In this document: one piece after another, positions 38,134 to 51,612 of the stretch | How the letters are laid out: every line of letters starts with the position of its first letter | Numbering within the stretch: position 1 is the first letter of the stretch | DNA from: Mobula hypostoma | Lineage: Eukaryota | Direction: 5' to 3' | Length of the DNA stretch: 64,000 nucleotides | Assembly (NCBI RefSeq): GCF_963921235.1 | Contig: NC_086109.1 | Span: forward strand, 18,540,001-18,604,000 | Notes under the pieces: model-generated | Told to the model about the DNA's origin: nothing | Databases searched by the model: none | Seen by the model: only the letters and a program-made list of their open reading frames with translations | Position numbers and translations under genes: made by a program

Positions 38134-38232
38134 TCGCAGCACATCAATCACCATATCTCTTGCTTCAAGTTCCCCCTCAAGCACACTGAAGAACATCAGC
38201 AACTCTGACTTGCTGAGATTTTCTAGGTTCAT
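38134..38232 (-). CDS. CTTNBP2NL: CTTNBP2NL first coding exon (33 codons; exon begins at 38239 with 7 nt of 5'UTR)
   Basis: Manual translation gives MNLENLSKSELLMFFSVLEGELEARDMVIDVLR. The MNLE start distinguishes it from CTTNBP2. Acceptor ttttgtttcgcag, donor CGA|gtaagt, and it joins exon 1955-2185 in frame. Too short for the ORF track. Confidence 0.95.
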
Positions 38233-39174
38233 GATGGCTCTGCGAAACAAAAGTTCATCCATTAGTTAATATTATTAAACTTACTTTTCTCTTCTCTTGA
38301 TGCCAGGTGTAAGAAATATACTGCAAAGCACAGACTACTCTAGACAGAATTAATCAAGGCTGGTCCAATATATTAACAAATATTTCTTTGTAATAGGCTT
38401 GTATGTTGAAAAATCCTACCTTTGGAACTATCCAAATCTGTGCCAACTTTAGGCTTTTTGAACCTTGTTAAATTTCATTAGCCTAGAAACACCTTTAAAT
38501 ATAATTCAACAGTGTATTAAATATACAACAGTCATTCTTCATCACCATTTTATTTAAGCTTCATTTAAATTATCACAAGTTTTAGTCTATGGAATGGATT
38601 TTGTTTCTTTCTGCAGTATCTCCATGATCCACTGAGTATTTCCAGCATTGTGCATTTTTATTTCTGATTTTTTCCATTGTCCAAACAGGAAAAAAAAAAT
38701 CATGAGAGGACATACAGCCTTTCCAGTTAGCAAATCACAGGAACAAGGGTCTTCTGTTCAACACTGTGCAACACTATATTGGCACATTACACATGTTGAG
38801 GAGCGATGAGTTCCTAGAGAATGACTGCTCCATTACAGTACTGATCCTTTGTGTTGAGCAGATCTTTTATACTCAAACTTAAGAACAGGCTCTGGAAATT
38901 ATTCTGAGTTGCTAGCAGGAAGATTACCACTGATGCAAGCAATGTATACTGCTAGTACCAAAGCAGCTATTCAAGCTTTTCATCAACCTTTAAAGGTCAA
39001 TTCCATTCTGAAGGCCAACATTCATACCTGTTATTACACACCTGTCTTTACTAACCCTTTTTCCATCAGCTCCATCTCTGCTTTTGTCACTCAACCTCTA
39101 TCTCCCATTCGGTCATAGGGATCCTGACAGTGTTAATGCGGATAAGACATTTCACCTGGCTTAGGAGTCAAGAA

Positions 39175-39575
39175 GACTTGTTTGTTCGTTTTGTGCCATG
39201 TCATATGACGTGGGCGATTGTGGTCTTTCCATGACAATGACTGTTCTTGGCAGATTTTTCCACAGAAGTGGTTTGTCATTGCCGCCTTCTGGGCAGTGTC
39301 TTTACAAGATGGGCGACCCCAGCCATTATCAATTCTCTTCAGAGATTTTTCTGCCTGGCATCAGTGGTCGCACAACTAAGAATGGTGATATGCACCAGCT
39401 GATCATACAACCATCCATCACTTGCTCCCATGGCTTTACGTGACCCAGATTTGGGGGGGGGGGGTGGCTAAGCAGGTGCCACACCTTGCCCAAGGGTGAT
39501 CTGCAGACTTGCAGAGGGAAGGAGCACCTTACATCTCTTTTCGTAGAGACATATTGCCACCCTCCTATCCAACAA
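39175..39575 (-). mobile_element. Probable RTE-related non-autonomous element
   Basis: Minus-strand GGCAATGACAAACCACTTC motif (shared with the 54.1 kb SINE) and an AAC-rich tail. Confidence 0.45.
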
Positions 39576-40564
39576 GAGAACACTGCCTCTTTTTAAAACA
39601 GAAAGGTGGGTGGTATTTATGACAGATGTAAGAAATTTCTTCAGTGTTCAAATCTTTTGAGTTCCGCTCTTTAGGGTACTGTAGAGATTTATCTGACTGC
39701 TTGATCAGTATAGGTATAGTACATTAAATTGATGGAGTAACAGGAGCCAAATGGGTGAACATCTTTAAAAAATTTCATTTTGTTTTCCCTCCCCTCCCCC
39801 CTCCAACTCTTTTGTGCTTGACTTAAAAACTTTTCCAAGTTCTAACGAATGGTTGACTATTTCCTACACCACATGCTGCCTGATATGCAAAACATTTCTG
39901 GCATTTTTGATCTTAATCCAATTTATGACCTTTTAATTTTAAAAGTTTGCCAAATTTGCAGCACATGTAATCATCCTTTAAGTAGAAATCTATAAGTATC
40001 AATCCCAACACTTGTCTTGTTTCCATTCAATTAATTTATTAATTACATTTACAGGACCCAATTATTCTGGCTGTATTTGATCACCCAATCCCAACAGGTG
40101 AACCAAATGGGAAACTGCACTTTGAACCAGTGCAGATTGAATGAAGATGCCCTCATGTTCCTGTTAAAAATGGCATCTTGAAAAACAATGAAAGAATGTT
40201 ATTTTGTGAGTCAGTGATATGTGTAATATGTGCTATTTTGCGAGTCAGTGACGGTGTCACAGAATGATAATGAATGGCATCAAAAGCATGCAAGCCTGAT
40301 AAGAACATTGCTGAAGTGAAGAAAGGAAACTAGTTCTGTCATGTACATAACTGAATATGTGTGATGTGTTAATGCCTCCAGATTTAATTGTATTTTGGAA
40401 GCATGGTGTCCATAGACTCAGTGGCCACTCTATTTGGTGCACATGCTCATTAATGCAAATATGTAACCATCCAATCATGTGGCAGTAACTTAATGCATAA
40501 ATCATGTAAACATGGTCAAGAGGTTCAGTTGTTTCTCAGACCAAACAACAGAATGGTGAAGACG

Positions 40565-40795
40565 CCATGGTGGTGTACTGGTTAGCACAGTACTATTATA
40601 GCTCAGAACCGAGTTCAATCCATCCATCCTCTGTAAGGGATCTGTACTTTCTCCCCATGGAACGTGTGGCTTTTCTCCAGCTGCTCTGATTTACTCCCAC
40701 TGTCGAAAGACATACCTGTTAGAAGTTTAACTGGTCAATGTATATCGTCTCATGATTAGGTTAGGGTTATACTGGGGGTAGCTCGAAAGTGTGGC
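40565..40795 (+). mobile_element. V-SINE-like SINE nested in a Tc1 derivative
   Basis: A-box-like TGGTGTACTGG, B-box GAGTTCAATCC, V-domain-like core. Confidence 0.6.
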
Positions 40796-40934
40796 TCGGT
40801 TGTTGGTGCCAGATGGGTGGTTTGAGTATCTTGGAAAATTCTAATTTCCTGGGATTTTCACTGGAGTCTCTAGAGTTTACAGAGGATGGTCCAAAGAAAA
40901 AAAATCCAGTGATTCACAGTTCTGTGGGTGAAAA

Positions 40935-41405
40935 TAATATTGAGAATGTGTTGTAGAGTCTTTAAAAGTGAGTGCATATTTTGTGGAATCGGTTTGGTAT
41001 TGGGATAAGTGAAGTTATCCACTCTAGCTGAGGAATAATAACCGTTCCTGAACCCGTTGATGTGGGGAGACAAGGTTCCTGTCCCTTCTTCCTGATGGTA
41101 CCAGTGGTCTGGGTGGTAGGGGTCCTTGATGGATGCCTTTATATCCTTGTAGATGTGCTCAATGGTGGGGAGGGCATACCTGTGAAGGACTGAGCTGCAT
41201 CCACCACTTTTTCTAGGCTTTTCCATTCTTCGGAACTGGTGTTTCCATAGCAGGCCATGATGCTACCAATCAGTACATTCTCCATCATACATGTATAGAC
41301 GTTTGCCAAAACTTAAGATGACATACTGAACTGTCGCAAACTTCTATGAAAGTAGCGGCCCTGCCATTTCTTCTTTGCAATGGCACTTGTGTGCTGGATC
41401 CAGGA
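40935..41405 (-). mobile_element. Rex-Babar 3' fragment
   Basis: LPTIEHIY..KASIKDPYHP motif. Confidence 0.7.
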
Positions 41406-41750
41406 GCAAGGCTCCAGTAACAAGGTTTGCATCTATCAGCATTGTAAAGATGCAAGTTATTTGTGATCAATCATAGAAATTAGACTGAGCATTCCAAATC
41501 CTTCTCTCTCCCTCACTCACCTTTCTTCCCTGTAATCAAACTTACTGAAGAAGTTCTGTAGATTACTGTCTGTCAAACAGCATTATCTGCAACGTAACAG
41601 TGCACATAAGTCATTAAATGCTATGCAATTACTTCCTGTGACATTACAGACTGCCAGGTTACACAAATAAGTTAATAAACCCTGTGGAAAAAAAAAATTA
41701 CTAAATGACTAAAAAGGAGTAATTGCTGACAAAAGTCAAAATTTTGTTGG

Positions 41751-43180
41751 ATTACCTGGTAAGGCTCTGAAAACCTGTGCCAACCAACTAGCGGGAGTAT
41801 TCAAGGACATTTTCAACCTCTCACTGCTACGAGTGGAACTTCCCACTTGCTTCAAAAAGGCAACAATTATACCAGTGCCTAAGAAGAATAATGTATGCTG
41901 CCTTAATGACTATCGCCTGGTAGCACTCACATCAACAGTGATGAAATCCTTTGAGGGGTTGGTCTTGACTAGACTGAACTCCTGCCTCAGCAAGGACGAG
42001 GACTCATTACAATAGGTCAATGGAAGACGCAATCTCAATGGCTCTCCACGTGGCATTGGACCACCTGGACAACACAAACACCTACGTCAGGATGTTGTTC
42101 TTGGACTATAGCTCAGCATTTAACGCCATCAATCCCACAATCCTGATTGAGAAGTTGCAGAATCTAGGCCTCTGTATCTCCCACTGCAATTAGATCCTCG
42201 ACTTTCTAAGTCCACAATCTGTGCAGATTGGTGATAACATATCCTCCTCGCTGATGATCAACACTGGTGCACCTCGGGAGTGTGTGCTCAGTCCACTGCT
42301 CTATTTCTCTATATACAAATGACTGTGTGGCTAGGCATAGCTCAAATATCATCTATAAATTTGTTGAGGATTCAACCATGGACGTTGCCTTCAGCGCTTC
42401 CTGTAGGTACTACCAACTGTGGGAAAAGAACACATACCAATCCTCAGAGGGATCAGAAGTGGAGAGAGTGAGCACCTTCAAGTTTCTGGGTATCAAGATC
42501 TCTCCGAGGATCTAACCTGGTCCCAACATATCAATGTAATTATAAAGAAGGCAAGACAGCAGCTATACTTTATTAGGAGTTTGAAGAGATTTGACAAGTC
42601 AACAAATACAATCAAAAACTTCTATCGTTGTACCGTGGAGAGCATTCTGACAGGCTGCATCACTGTCTGGTATGGAGGGGCTACTGCACAGGACCGAAAG
42701 GAACTGTAGAAGGTTGGAAATCTGGTCAGCTCCATCTTGGGTACTAGCCTACAAAGTACCCAGGACATCTTCAGGGAGCGGTGTCTCAGAAAGGCAGCGT
42801 CCATTATTAAGGACCTCCAGCACCCAGGGCATACCCTTTTCTCACTGTTACCATCAGGTAGGAGGTACCGAAGCCTGAAGGCACACACTCAGCGATTCAG
42901 GAACAGCTTCTTCCCCTCTGCCATCCGATTCCTTAATGGACATTGAACCTTTGGACACTACCTCACTATTTTTAAAAAAAATATACAGTATTTCAGTTTT
43001 TGCATGCTTTTTAAATCTATTTAATATGTATACTGTAATTGATTTACTTGTTTATTTACTATTATATTTATTATTTTCTTTTTTCTCTCTCTGCTAGATT
43101 ATGTATTGCATTGAACTGCTGCTGCTAAATTAACAAATTTCACGTCACATTCCGGTGATAATAAACCCGATTCTGATTCT
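41751..43180 (+). mobile_element. Rex-Babar RT and 3' fragment with internal deletion
   Basis: [47 protein letters not shown]...NSFFPSAIRFLN, then AATAAA and (GATTCT)n. Confidence 0.9.
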
Positions 43181-43649
43181 AAACCAGCTACCATTTTACT
43201 AAACAAAATATCTCTGCCCTGGAAATAAAAAGGTATTTATAATCACATTTTCAACCCATGCATACACTAATGAAATCTTAATTCGAGATAAAATTTAAGG
43301 TTAAGATTAACTTTAGTTATCAGATGTAAATAGAAGCATACAGTGAAATGCTTCATTTGCTTCAATGCTCACAGTCTGGGGATGTGCTGGGGACAATCTG
43401 TAAAAGCCACCATGTTTCTTGTGCCAACACAGCATGCCTGCAATTTACTAATCCTAACTCAAACGACTTTGGTATGTGGGAGGATACTGGAGCATCCAGA
43501 GGAAATTCAATGGTTCAAATTAATGTCAGAAAATATATACAGTATACAACCTGAAATCCTTACTCATCGCAAACATCCATACAGCAGCAGGAATTAAACC
43601 CTGATGTTCTGAACTCTGGTGCTGTAAAACATTATGCTAATTGCTAATA

Positions 43650-43815
43650 ACACACACACAAAATGGTGGAATGCAGCAGGCCAGGCAGCATCTATGGGAA
43701 GAAGAACTGTTGACGTTTCGGGTCGAGACTCTTCGTTACGACTAACGGAAGAGACAGATAGTAAGAGATTTGAAATTGGGAGGGGGAGGGGGAGACCCGA
43801 AACGATAGGAGAATG
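43650..43815 (-). mobile_element. Penelope-like terminal fragment
   Basis: Colinear with 613-780. Confidence 0.75.
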
Positions 43816-43974
43816 CTGATTGCTACATTACCATGCTACCCTCCAAATTCAATTCTATCAAGCAGGCAGTATTTCTATTCTAAATAATAATTTTGGTCCC
43901 AAGAAGGACAAGGAACATGAGCTGACTGGTGGAAAAGACCAAAGATGGGGCACGGGTCATGAATGACTCCATTT

Positions 43975-44632
43975 CGAAACGTCGAGAAAGAATGAAGATT
44001 GAGACAATTGCAGAAGGGGTCAGCGATCACTCTCAATGGAGGACACAGGGGCAATGACAGTCGGTAGCCGGATCAGCAGCGTTTAGACCTGGCGTGGCAG
44101 GCACTCTTCACGGAAGGACTGAGTTCATGCAGCTGTTCTCCTCAAATGCTGAGGAGAAGATGTTTTCAATATTCTGAGATTCATGAGATTATTGGACTGT
44201 CCTTTATATTGGTCTCCTTCAGTTTTTCCTTTTTTTTCTTTCTTGTGGCTAATTTGTGGGTGGGCAATATGTTAGTTTTTGTGAGAAGAAGCAGTTGGGA
44301 ATTTGGGGTCTGATTTTCATGTTGATGTTTTTCTGTGTGGGTGATCTGTTAGCTTTCTGTGTGAGAAAGGAGGTTGGGGGTTTAATGCTATTGTTGCTGA
44401 TTTTTTCTCCGTGTGAGCGGGTTGGAGATTTGACGCTATTGTTGCTGGTTACTTTCCTCTGTGAGGGAGGGGGTGTGGGTTTAGTTTCTTTTTCTTTTTG
44501 TGTGGGGGGAGTTAATGTCTTTTCTTTCAACAACCCTCATGGTTTTTCTGTATTTTATGGCTATCTGGAGAAGGCAATTATCAGAGTTGTATTCTACACG
44601 CATACTTTGACAATAAAATGAACCTTTGAAAC
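43975..44632 (+). repeat. Unclassified interspersed repeat with internal subrepeats; inverted partner at ~47490-48330
   Basis: Shared 3' part (TGGCTATCT...CAGAGTTGTATT...TTTGACAATAA...TGAACC) and GT-rich subrepeats. Confidence 0.65.
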
Positions 44633-45374
44633 CCATTTTAACAATTTTTTTTGAAAACAGGAAAATCATTGAGAGTGTCCTGACCAGGACACTACACTGT
44701 GCAATATATTAAAAAAAAACATATCCGATTCATTGGTTTATTAAAGGGACCAATGGCAGCGGAGTTGCATGGCCTCAGTTGCAATGCAGACTAGGCCTCA
44801 TGCCGCAATGCTGCCTATTGCAGCTGCCCAATGGAAGTGATGCCAGAGGTGGTAAGGTGCAGCATCTATGCTGGATTGGAGGCTGGCCACTCCCATCAGT
44901 GCTGCCCTCCAGTGTATACTCAGTGGAAGATCAGCTCAATTGCGTTCCTCTGCGGACTGTTGTGGGCTTGTTCTTACTGACAACATCCATGGTCTTAAGG
45001 ACTTGGTCTATATTATATATTTTTATGTGACTGTATGTTTACTGCCATCCTATACAGTATGTGCCTTGTGCTGTGCATGATTGTTGGTACTGTGTCTTGT
45101 ACCTTGGCTACAGAGGCATGTTGTTTTGTTTGGTTGTATTTGTGGGTATTCATGTATGGTTGAATGACAATTAAACTTCAATTTCATGCATGATGGATAA
45201 AAGTTAGAGATGTAAATTCGATGTGGATTTCCACATTTAAATCTAATGAAGTTTCAGGTTTGTGACTAACAAGGATTGTGCTGGTGAAATTCGGTGCAAT
45301 AGCATCTGGCAACATAGGTTCATATCCCATGTTCTCCATGTGAATGTTATGGACCTCAGGATTCGGATAATCCA

Positions 45375-45402
45375 AAGCTGATGCTGGAATTCCAAAGCAA
45401 CA

Positions 45403-45439
<37 letters not shown>

Positions 45440-45555
45440 GCTGTAGGAACTCAGCAAATCAGGCAGCATTTATAGAAAGGAATAAACAGTCGACATTTCT
45501 GCCCGAGACCCTTCTTCAGGACCCGAGATCCTCCAGCATTTTGTGTATGTTGTTG
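45375..45555 (-). mobile_element. Penelope-like terminal repeat containing a (CA)n microsatellite and a short inverted arm
   Basis: Hammerhead-like motif at 45488-45522 on minus; (CA)n at ~45403-45437. Confidence 0.7.
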
Positions 45556-47239
45556 AGATAATACACTGTGCAAGTGCAAACTACTTACAAGCACACAGCA
45601 AGGTAGCCTTTCTAGAAAAGCTATCTATTTCTAAAGGACAGTTATGTTGAAATATCACATTAGCATTCTTCCTCTTTGAAGACCAGTAATAATTTTTCCT
45701 CCACAAGTACTTTTTTATGCAGCTCGTCTACTTCAGGAAACCTATGATAAGCCTCTAAATTATAATATAAATATACCTGTCGAGTTCTACATTGTATTCA
45801 AGGAGCTGGAGTACGGCTTTGTACGAATAGGTAGCATCCTAACTAAGGTCTAAAGATCAAAGAAACAAGTACATTTTCCACAATAATTCCTCATTGAGAA
45901 TTCTCTTTTCTACTATGTTACAGGTACTGATTTTGAGGTAGAACTTCAGGAATTGTTCCAGCTTAAAGTTTAACAAGCAGTACACGCATTTGTAAATTTC
46001 CATCTTCAACTTACAACGTGTATTATTGTTCTGCACTAATTCTGAAGAGACCAAAGGCATCTCCCATGATGCCTCACAAATACTTGAAATATGTCAGTCG
46101 TGATTCTCCAAAGTTCAGAAACAAAGGATAGCTTGAGTTCAAACCACTGAAGAGCAATCCATTTGGAAATATTTTTCATGCATAATTATTTTATGGAAAA
46201 AAACTATGGATTTTCAAAATAATTCATTTTAATCTACAACTGCTTGATTTTAAATACATGTTGGGCACTTTCAGAAACAACACATGTTAAACCAATGATA
46301 AATTTGTGCAATTTAACTGGGGTATTTTTTTTGGACTTGTGTTGTTAGTGAATGTGAATCAGTATGTGAATAGCAATTTAAAGCAAATTATTTAAAGCCA
46401 ATACCTTAGTGGTGCACAAGTACATAGGTGCTAAAAAGATAAAGACAGAAAATGCTGGAACTGCATTGGGTCATGCAGCATTTTGTGGAGAAAGAGAAAA
46501 AAAGTTAAATTTTCAGATTAAATGATGGCACAGAACCAAAATAATTAACAAGCAGAACAACTGTTAGGATGTAGATTAAAGAGGCGGAGGTGGGGCAGGG
46601 ATGGTGGGGTATCTTTAAGGAATAATGAGAGAACAAAGGAGATGGACTATGACATGGCAGAAGAGGATTCTTCACCCTATCTAAATGTGGGACTCAGCTT
46701 AATTTAAAGGTAAATTTAAAAGCTAACCCTGACATAAGTAGTACTGAAATCTAAGCTCAAAAGCTGGGAGTAAAACCAGTTCTTGGTGGTGATGGCAGTG
46801 GGAGGCAGAAAGCATAGTCCCAACATATCAACAGAAATGAATGAGAGTCTGGTGAATTAATCCAAATCAGGTTTAATATCATCAGCATATGTTGTGAATT
46901 TAATTTCATAGCAGCAGTACAATGCAATACATCAGAAGAGAGAGAAAAACTGTGAATTACGGTAAGTAATGAGTTGAGTTTCTTCAATCCTAGTGGTCTT
47001 TTCTTCCCAGTCATTAATTTTCCACAGTTTTTGTTGTGTTTTTCAGCAACACTTTCTGGTTCCCTCTGCCTTCACCACCAACCAGTTTTGCACACACCTT
47101 TTGAGTTAAATTTCAATAATTCCGAAGATCAAGTTTTGAAAATAAGATAATATTAAGATAAAACCTGGACTGCGGTCTTAGTCAACTGCAAATCCTAAGG
47201 ACAGCTAGTACTAAATTAAATGAAAACATTTCCGTGGAT

Positions 47240-47458
47240 CACACATCAAAGTTGCTGGTGAACGCAGCAGGCCAGGCAGCATCTCTAGGAAGGGGTACAG
47301 TTGACATTTCAGGCCGAGACCCTTCGTCCTGATGTAGAGTCTCGGCCTGAAACGTCGACTGTACCTCTTCCTAGAGATGCCGCCTGGCCTGCTGCATTCA
47401 CCAGCAACTTTGATGTGTGTTGCTTGAATTTCCAGCATCTGCAGAATTCCTCGTGTTT
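47240..47458. mobile_element. Short fold-back Penelope-like insertion
   Basis: Inverted arms; TSD ACATTTCC(G/A)TGGAT at 47226-47239 and 47459-47472. Confidence 0.88.
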
Positions 47459-47489
47459 ACATTTCCATGGATGTTGCCTGACCTGCTCA

Positions 47490-48330
47490 TTGGTTCATAT
47501 TATTGTCAAATTATGCATGTACAATACAACTCTGATATTTGTCTTCTATAGATAGCCATGAAACACAGAAAAAACATGGGTGTCGTTGAAAAAACATCAA
47601 TCCCCTCCCCATAAAAAAATGAAAAAGAAACAAAACTCGCAAACCCCAAACACCCCCACCCCCTCCCTTGCACAAAAGCTAACAGCTCGCCCACATGAAA
47701 AACAGCAGCCGGAACATTAAACTCCAAAATCCCCACCCCCTCTCTCGCAAAAAAAAACAATGATAGCATCAAACCACAACCCTCTCTCTCATATATAAAA
47801 ACTAACAGATCTCCCACAAAGAAAAACCAAGAACATCAGACCCCGAAGCCCCAAATCCTTCAACTCACAAAAACTAACATATCGTCCACAAAACACTAAC
47901 CCGCCAATTGACAAGAAAGAAAATACAGAAAACTGAAGGAGAGCAATATAAACTATAGTAAAATAATTACATATTAGAATTTCAAAAACACCCTTCCATC
48001 AAAATCAAACTCAGCCCTTCTGTGAAGAGCAACCACCGTCCTACAGACATGTGTCCTTCCGAACGCTGCCAACCTCTGGCTTCCGTGGAGAGTGACCGTT
48101 GATTTCCCCTGCTTTTGTCTTGATGCTTCAATCTTCCTTGACACTTTGAAGAGTCGAACATGACCCCACACCCCATCTCTGGTCTTCTCCACGAGGCAGC
48201 TCTTGATCCTCTCCCGACACAGCAGAGACCTTGATCATTCAATTGGACTCCAAACTGCATGTCATATCTCCAGAAGTTTCCGACCATGCCTCCTCCTCTT
48301 TGACTATCTTCTGGCATTGCAGTGGTTCCT
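47490..48330 (-). repeat. Unclassified interspersed repeat (family of 43975-44632)
   Basis: Reverse-complement similarity to ~44190-44632. The 5' limit is uncertain. Confidence 0.6.
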
Positions 48331-48979
48331 AGTTTAAGTATAATGTTTTACCTCAAAACTTTAATTTCCAAAAAAAAAATTACTGTGAGGCTTCTGCTTC
48401 ACAAGACTCAAATTCTCACATCTTTTCTTCTATTTAGCACCTCTTCTGCTGAGAATCGACTTACTACTGTAATGCTAATTAGAAGTTAACAAGGAGTGCT
48501 ACAAAAATCTAACATGCCAACAGCTGGGACCGATCACAGAGAAAAATAAACTACATTTCTAATTTTCTTCATCACAAAAATTGAAAAAAGTACTTGAACA
48601 AAACAAAAACACTGAAATGACAGCACATTAGATTTTATAGATTGGATTCAAAATTTGCTCCAGCACAGAAGACAGAGGCCAGAAATGGAGGGGTGGTATT
48701 CTGACTGGAGGTCTACGGTCAGTGGTGCTCTTCAAGGATCAGTTGATTTTGGACCTCTGCTGTTTTGATGATAAAATGCCTTTTACGAAAATGTAGGCAG
48801 GCTGACTGGTAACTTTGCAGATGACACAAAAATTGCCAGGGTTGTGGACAATGAGGAGGGTTCTCAATGATTTCCAGACCTGTTGGAAGTACTGGTTGAG
48901 AAATGGCAGACTGAGATTAATCTGGACAAGTATGAGGTACTGTGCCTTCTGGAGGCCTAAAGCGAGAGGGAAGTATATA

Positions 48980-49386
48980 TAGTGTATTCCGCTTAATTGG
49001 GAGACATCAGGACTAGTACATTTTGGTCCAATTAAGCAAATGCCCCAGTTAGCCTAAGTTTCATAGAAATAGTTAAAAAGGTATAAAAAACAACAACCAA
49101 GTAACAAATTATGTATCTAAATGAAATACAGAACAAATTAGAACACAACCAATACTACAGTACCATAAACTGTGTATGACGCTATTTAAAAACTGTTCAC
49201 TCGGAGCATGGTGTAGCATCTAATGGCCACACAACTGCCGTAACAGTCTCCTGCCCAAATTAAGTGGCATGGTATCCAAAATTAATGACGGGGATCATGG
49301 CAATTTTCCTGATTAGTTTTCGTTCTTTAAGAGTTGTTCCAAATAAGCAAGCTGCCCTGATTAACTGATGGCCCAATTAACCAGAA
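48980..49386. mobile_element. Possible Tc1/pogo-type MITE
   Basis: Imperfect inverted ends TTCCGCTTAATTGGG / CCCAATTAACCAGAA; interrupts the CR1 fragment. Confidence 0.45.
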
Positions 49387-49419
49387 GGACCCTTAGGAGC
49401 ATTGATCTATAAAAGGATG

Positions 49420-49810
49420 TTGGTATTGGTACTGGTTTATTATTGTCAGATATATAGAGATAAAGTAAAAAGCTTGTCTTGAATACCGTTTATACTGATT
49501 AAATCATTGCACAGTGCATTGAGGTAGAACAAGGAAAGCATCATAAAGTGTAAAATTTACCGAGAAAGGGCAGTGCAGGGAAACAATAAAATGCAAAGTC
49601 ATAACAAGACAGATGGTGTGGTCAACAGTCCATCTTATTCTTCAAGGAGTACGTTCATGACTCTGATAACAGTGGGATAGAAGCCATCCTTGAGCCTGGT
49701 GGTATGTGTTTTCAGGCTTTTGTATCTTCTGCCCAATGGGAGAGGGGAGAAGGGAGAAGAGAGAATGGTCAAGGTCGGTGGGTTTTTGATTATACTTAGT
49801 GCTTTAAGTG
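49420..49810 (-). mobile_element. Rex-Babar 3' fragment
   Basis: LPLGRRYKSLKTHTTRLKDGFYPTVIR. Confidence 0.75.
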
Positions 49811-50094
49811 AGTTAGCAAGAAATATAGACAGAGACCACAGAGGGCAATAGGAGTGCAAGTCCATAACATCCTAAAAGTGCAGATAGTGTGGTAAAGAAG
49901 GCATAAGGCATACTTGCCTTTATTGATCAGTGTGAGAGTATAAATGTCAGGAAGTAATGCTACAGCTGTATAAACTTCACTTAGGTCAGATATGGAGCAC
50001 TGCAGGCAATTTATTTATTGAGATGCAGCGTGGCATAGACCCTTCCGACCCTTTGAGCTGTGCTACCCAGCAATCCCCCAATTATATCCTAGCC

Positions 50095-50284
50095 CAGGGG
50101 TGGGCAACCTTTTTGTCTCTGTGGGCCGGATCGTGTATTAATGAGGGACTGTGGGCCAGATAAATGCCATAAAAAACTTGAAATATGGGAATTATCCATT
50201 TAAATACATATAGTTACGTTTTGTCTCAAATTAATGAATAATGCATGCTAGAAAATCATTTGTGCTTAAGGTTGCCTACCCTTG
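50095..50284. mobile_element. hAT (Charlie-like) MITE, 190 bp, inside a V-SINE (~50010-50492, minus)
   Basis: TIRs CAGGGGTGGGCAACCTT / AAGGTTGCCTACCCTTG; perfect 8-bp TSD TCCTAGCC at 50087-50094 and 50285-50292. Confidence 0.9.
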
Positions 50285-51357
50285 TCCTAGCCTAATCATG
50301 GGACAATTTACAAGTTACAATGTCCAATTAACCTACCAACTGGTAGATCTTTGGTCTGTGGGAGAAAACCACAGCCCCTGAAGGAAACCCATACAGTCAA
50401 GGGGAAAACATACAAACTCCTTACAGGCAACTGCAGGAATTGAATCCAGGTCACCAGTACTGTAAAGCATTGTGCTAGCCACTACGTTACCATTCTGGTT
50501 GCCTTTTTACAGGATGGAGATGGAGCGATTAGAGAAGGTGCAGAATAGGCTGACCAGATGTTATCTGGATTAGAGAGTATTAGCTAATAGGAGGGATAGA
50601 CAAATTCGGACACTTTAACACACACCACAAAGACTAATAACAAGAGAAGAAGCTCTAAAAAGTATGAAAGGAAAAACATATCTAACATTCCCTCAACCAG
50701 ATGGCTATCTGTACCTATATTGATTTCTGTGCTCCTTCTGTACAAAACTATGCGTTGCTAAGTGCTGAGGTTCTCTCTCTATCCCCATGCCCCTAGCTAT
50801 CTATTTAGGTAGAAGTCTGGACATACTGTTGCAGAATAAACCATTCAGTTGGACTATTCCATATCTGTTGACCCTCACAGAAAAGTTTGCGTCAAAGAAA
50901 TCCATTGATCAAAAGTTAATTAGGTATTGGTTTACAGGAAATGCCTTTAAGACCCTACAGGAAAAGGGAAATTGTGGATCCTGTCAAGCTGGTTCCTTGA
51001 GCAAACTAGCAGAATGTCTCATCACTATAGCATTCGAACATGCACCAAGAATGTGATTCATCAGCAGCAAGAAAGGAAGTCTATCAGAGCCCTCCTGCAC
51101 ACTCAGAACTTCACTGCCAGTGGAAACAGCCCTTGTGGTGGTAACAGAGAGGATGGATCCACCTCCTTGAATGGCTGAGCTAACGACATAACCTCAGTGT
51201 TGCTAGTGGAAGGCAAAGTGAAGTAGAGGGATTCAAACACAAATTGTAAAATAATTCTGCAGATCAACGGCTACACAAATGCCATACTAATGTGGGACAA
51301 TACAAATTACCATTTTTTTTAAATGGTTAAACACAATAACTAGATGGAGAGGGCAAA

Positions 51358-51612
51358 AGAGATTCTGCAGATGCTAGAAATCTTGAGCAATGCACTTTGA
51401 AGTACTTGAGGAACTTAGCAGTCACGTGGCAGCTATGGAAGGGAATAAACTATCAACGTTTTTGGTTGAGACCCTTTATCAGGACTGGAAAGGAAGGGGG
51501 AAGAAGCATGGCATTTTTAGCTTTTGTCCCCTTCCTTTCCCATACCGATGAAAGGTTTCAATCCAAATTGTCAACTGTTTATTCCCCTCCATAGATGCTG
51601 CCTGACTTGCTA
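51358..51612. mobile_element. Older fold-back Penelope-like insertion
   Basis: Diverged inverted arms around 51508-51520, each with a degenerate hammerhead-like core. Confidence 0.7.

Larger units (their letters stand above)
48630..50612 (+). mobile_element. Old CR1 RT fragment carrying nested insertions
   Basis: FADDTK (TTTGCAGATGACACAAAA) and KKA.G.LAFI and LQLYK motifs, in separated segments. Confidence 0.75.
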
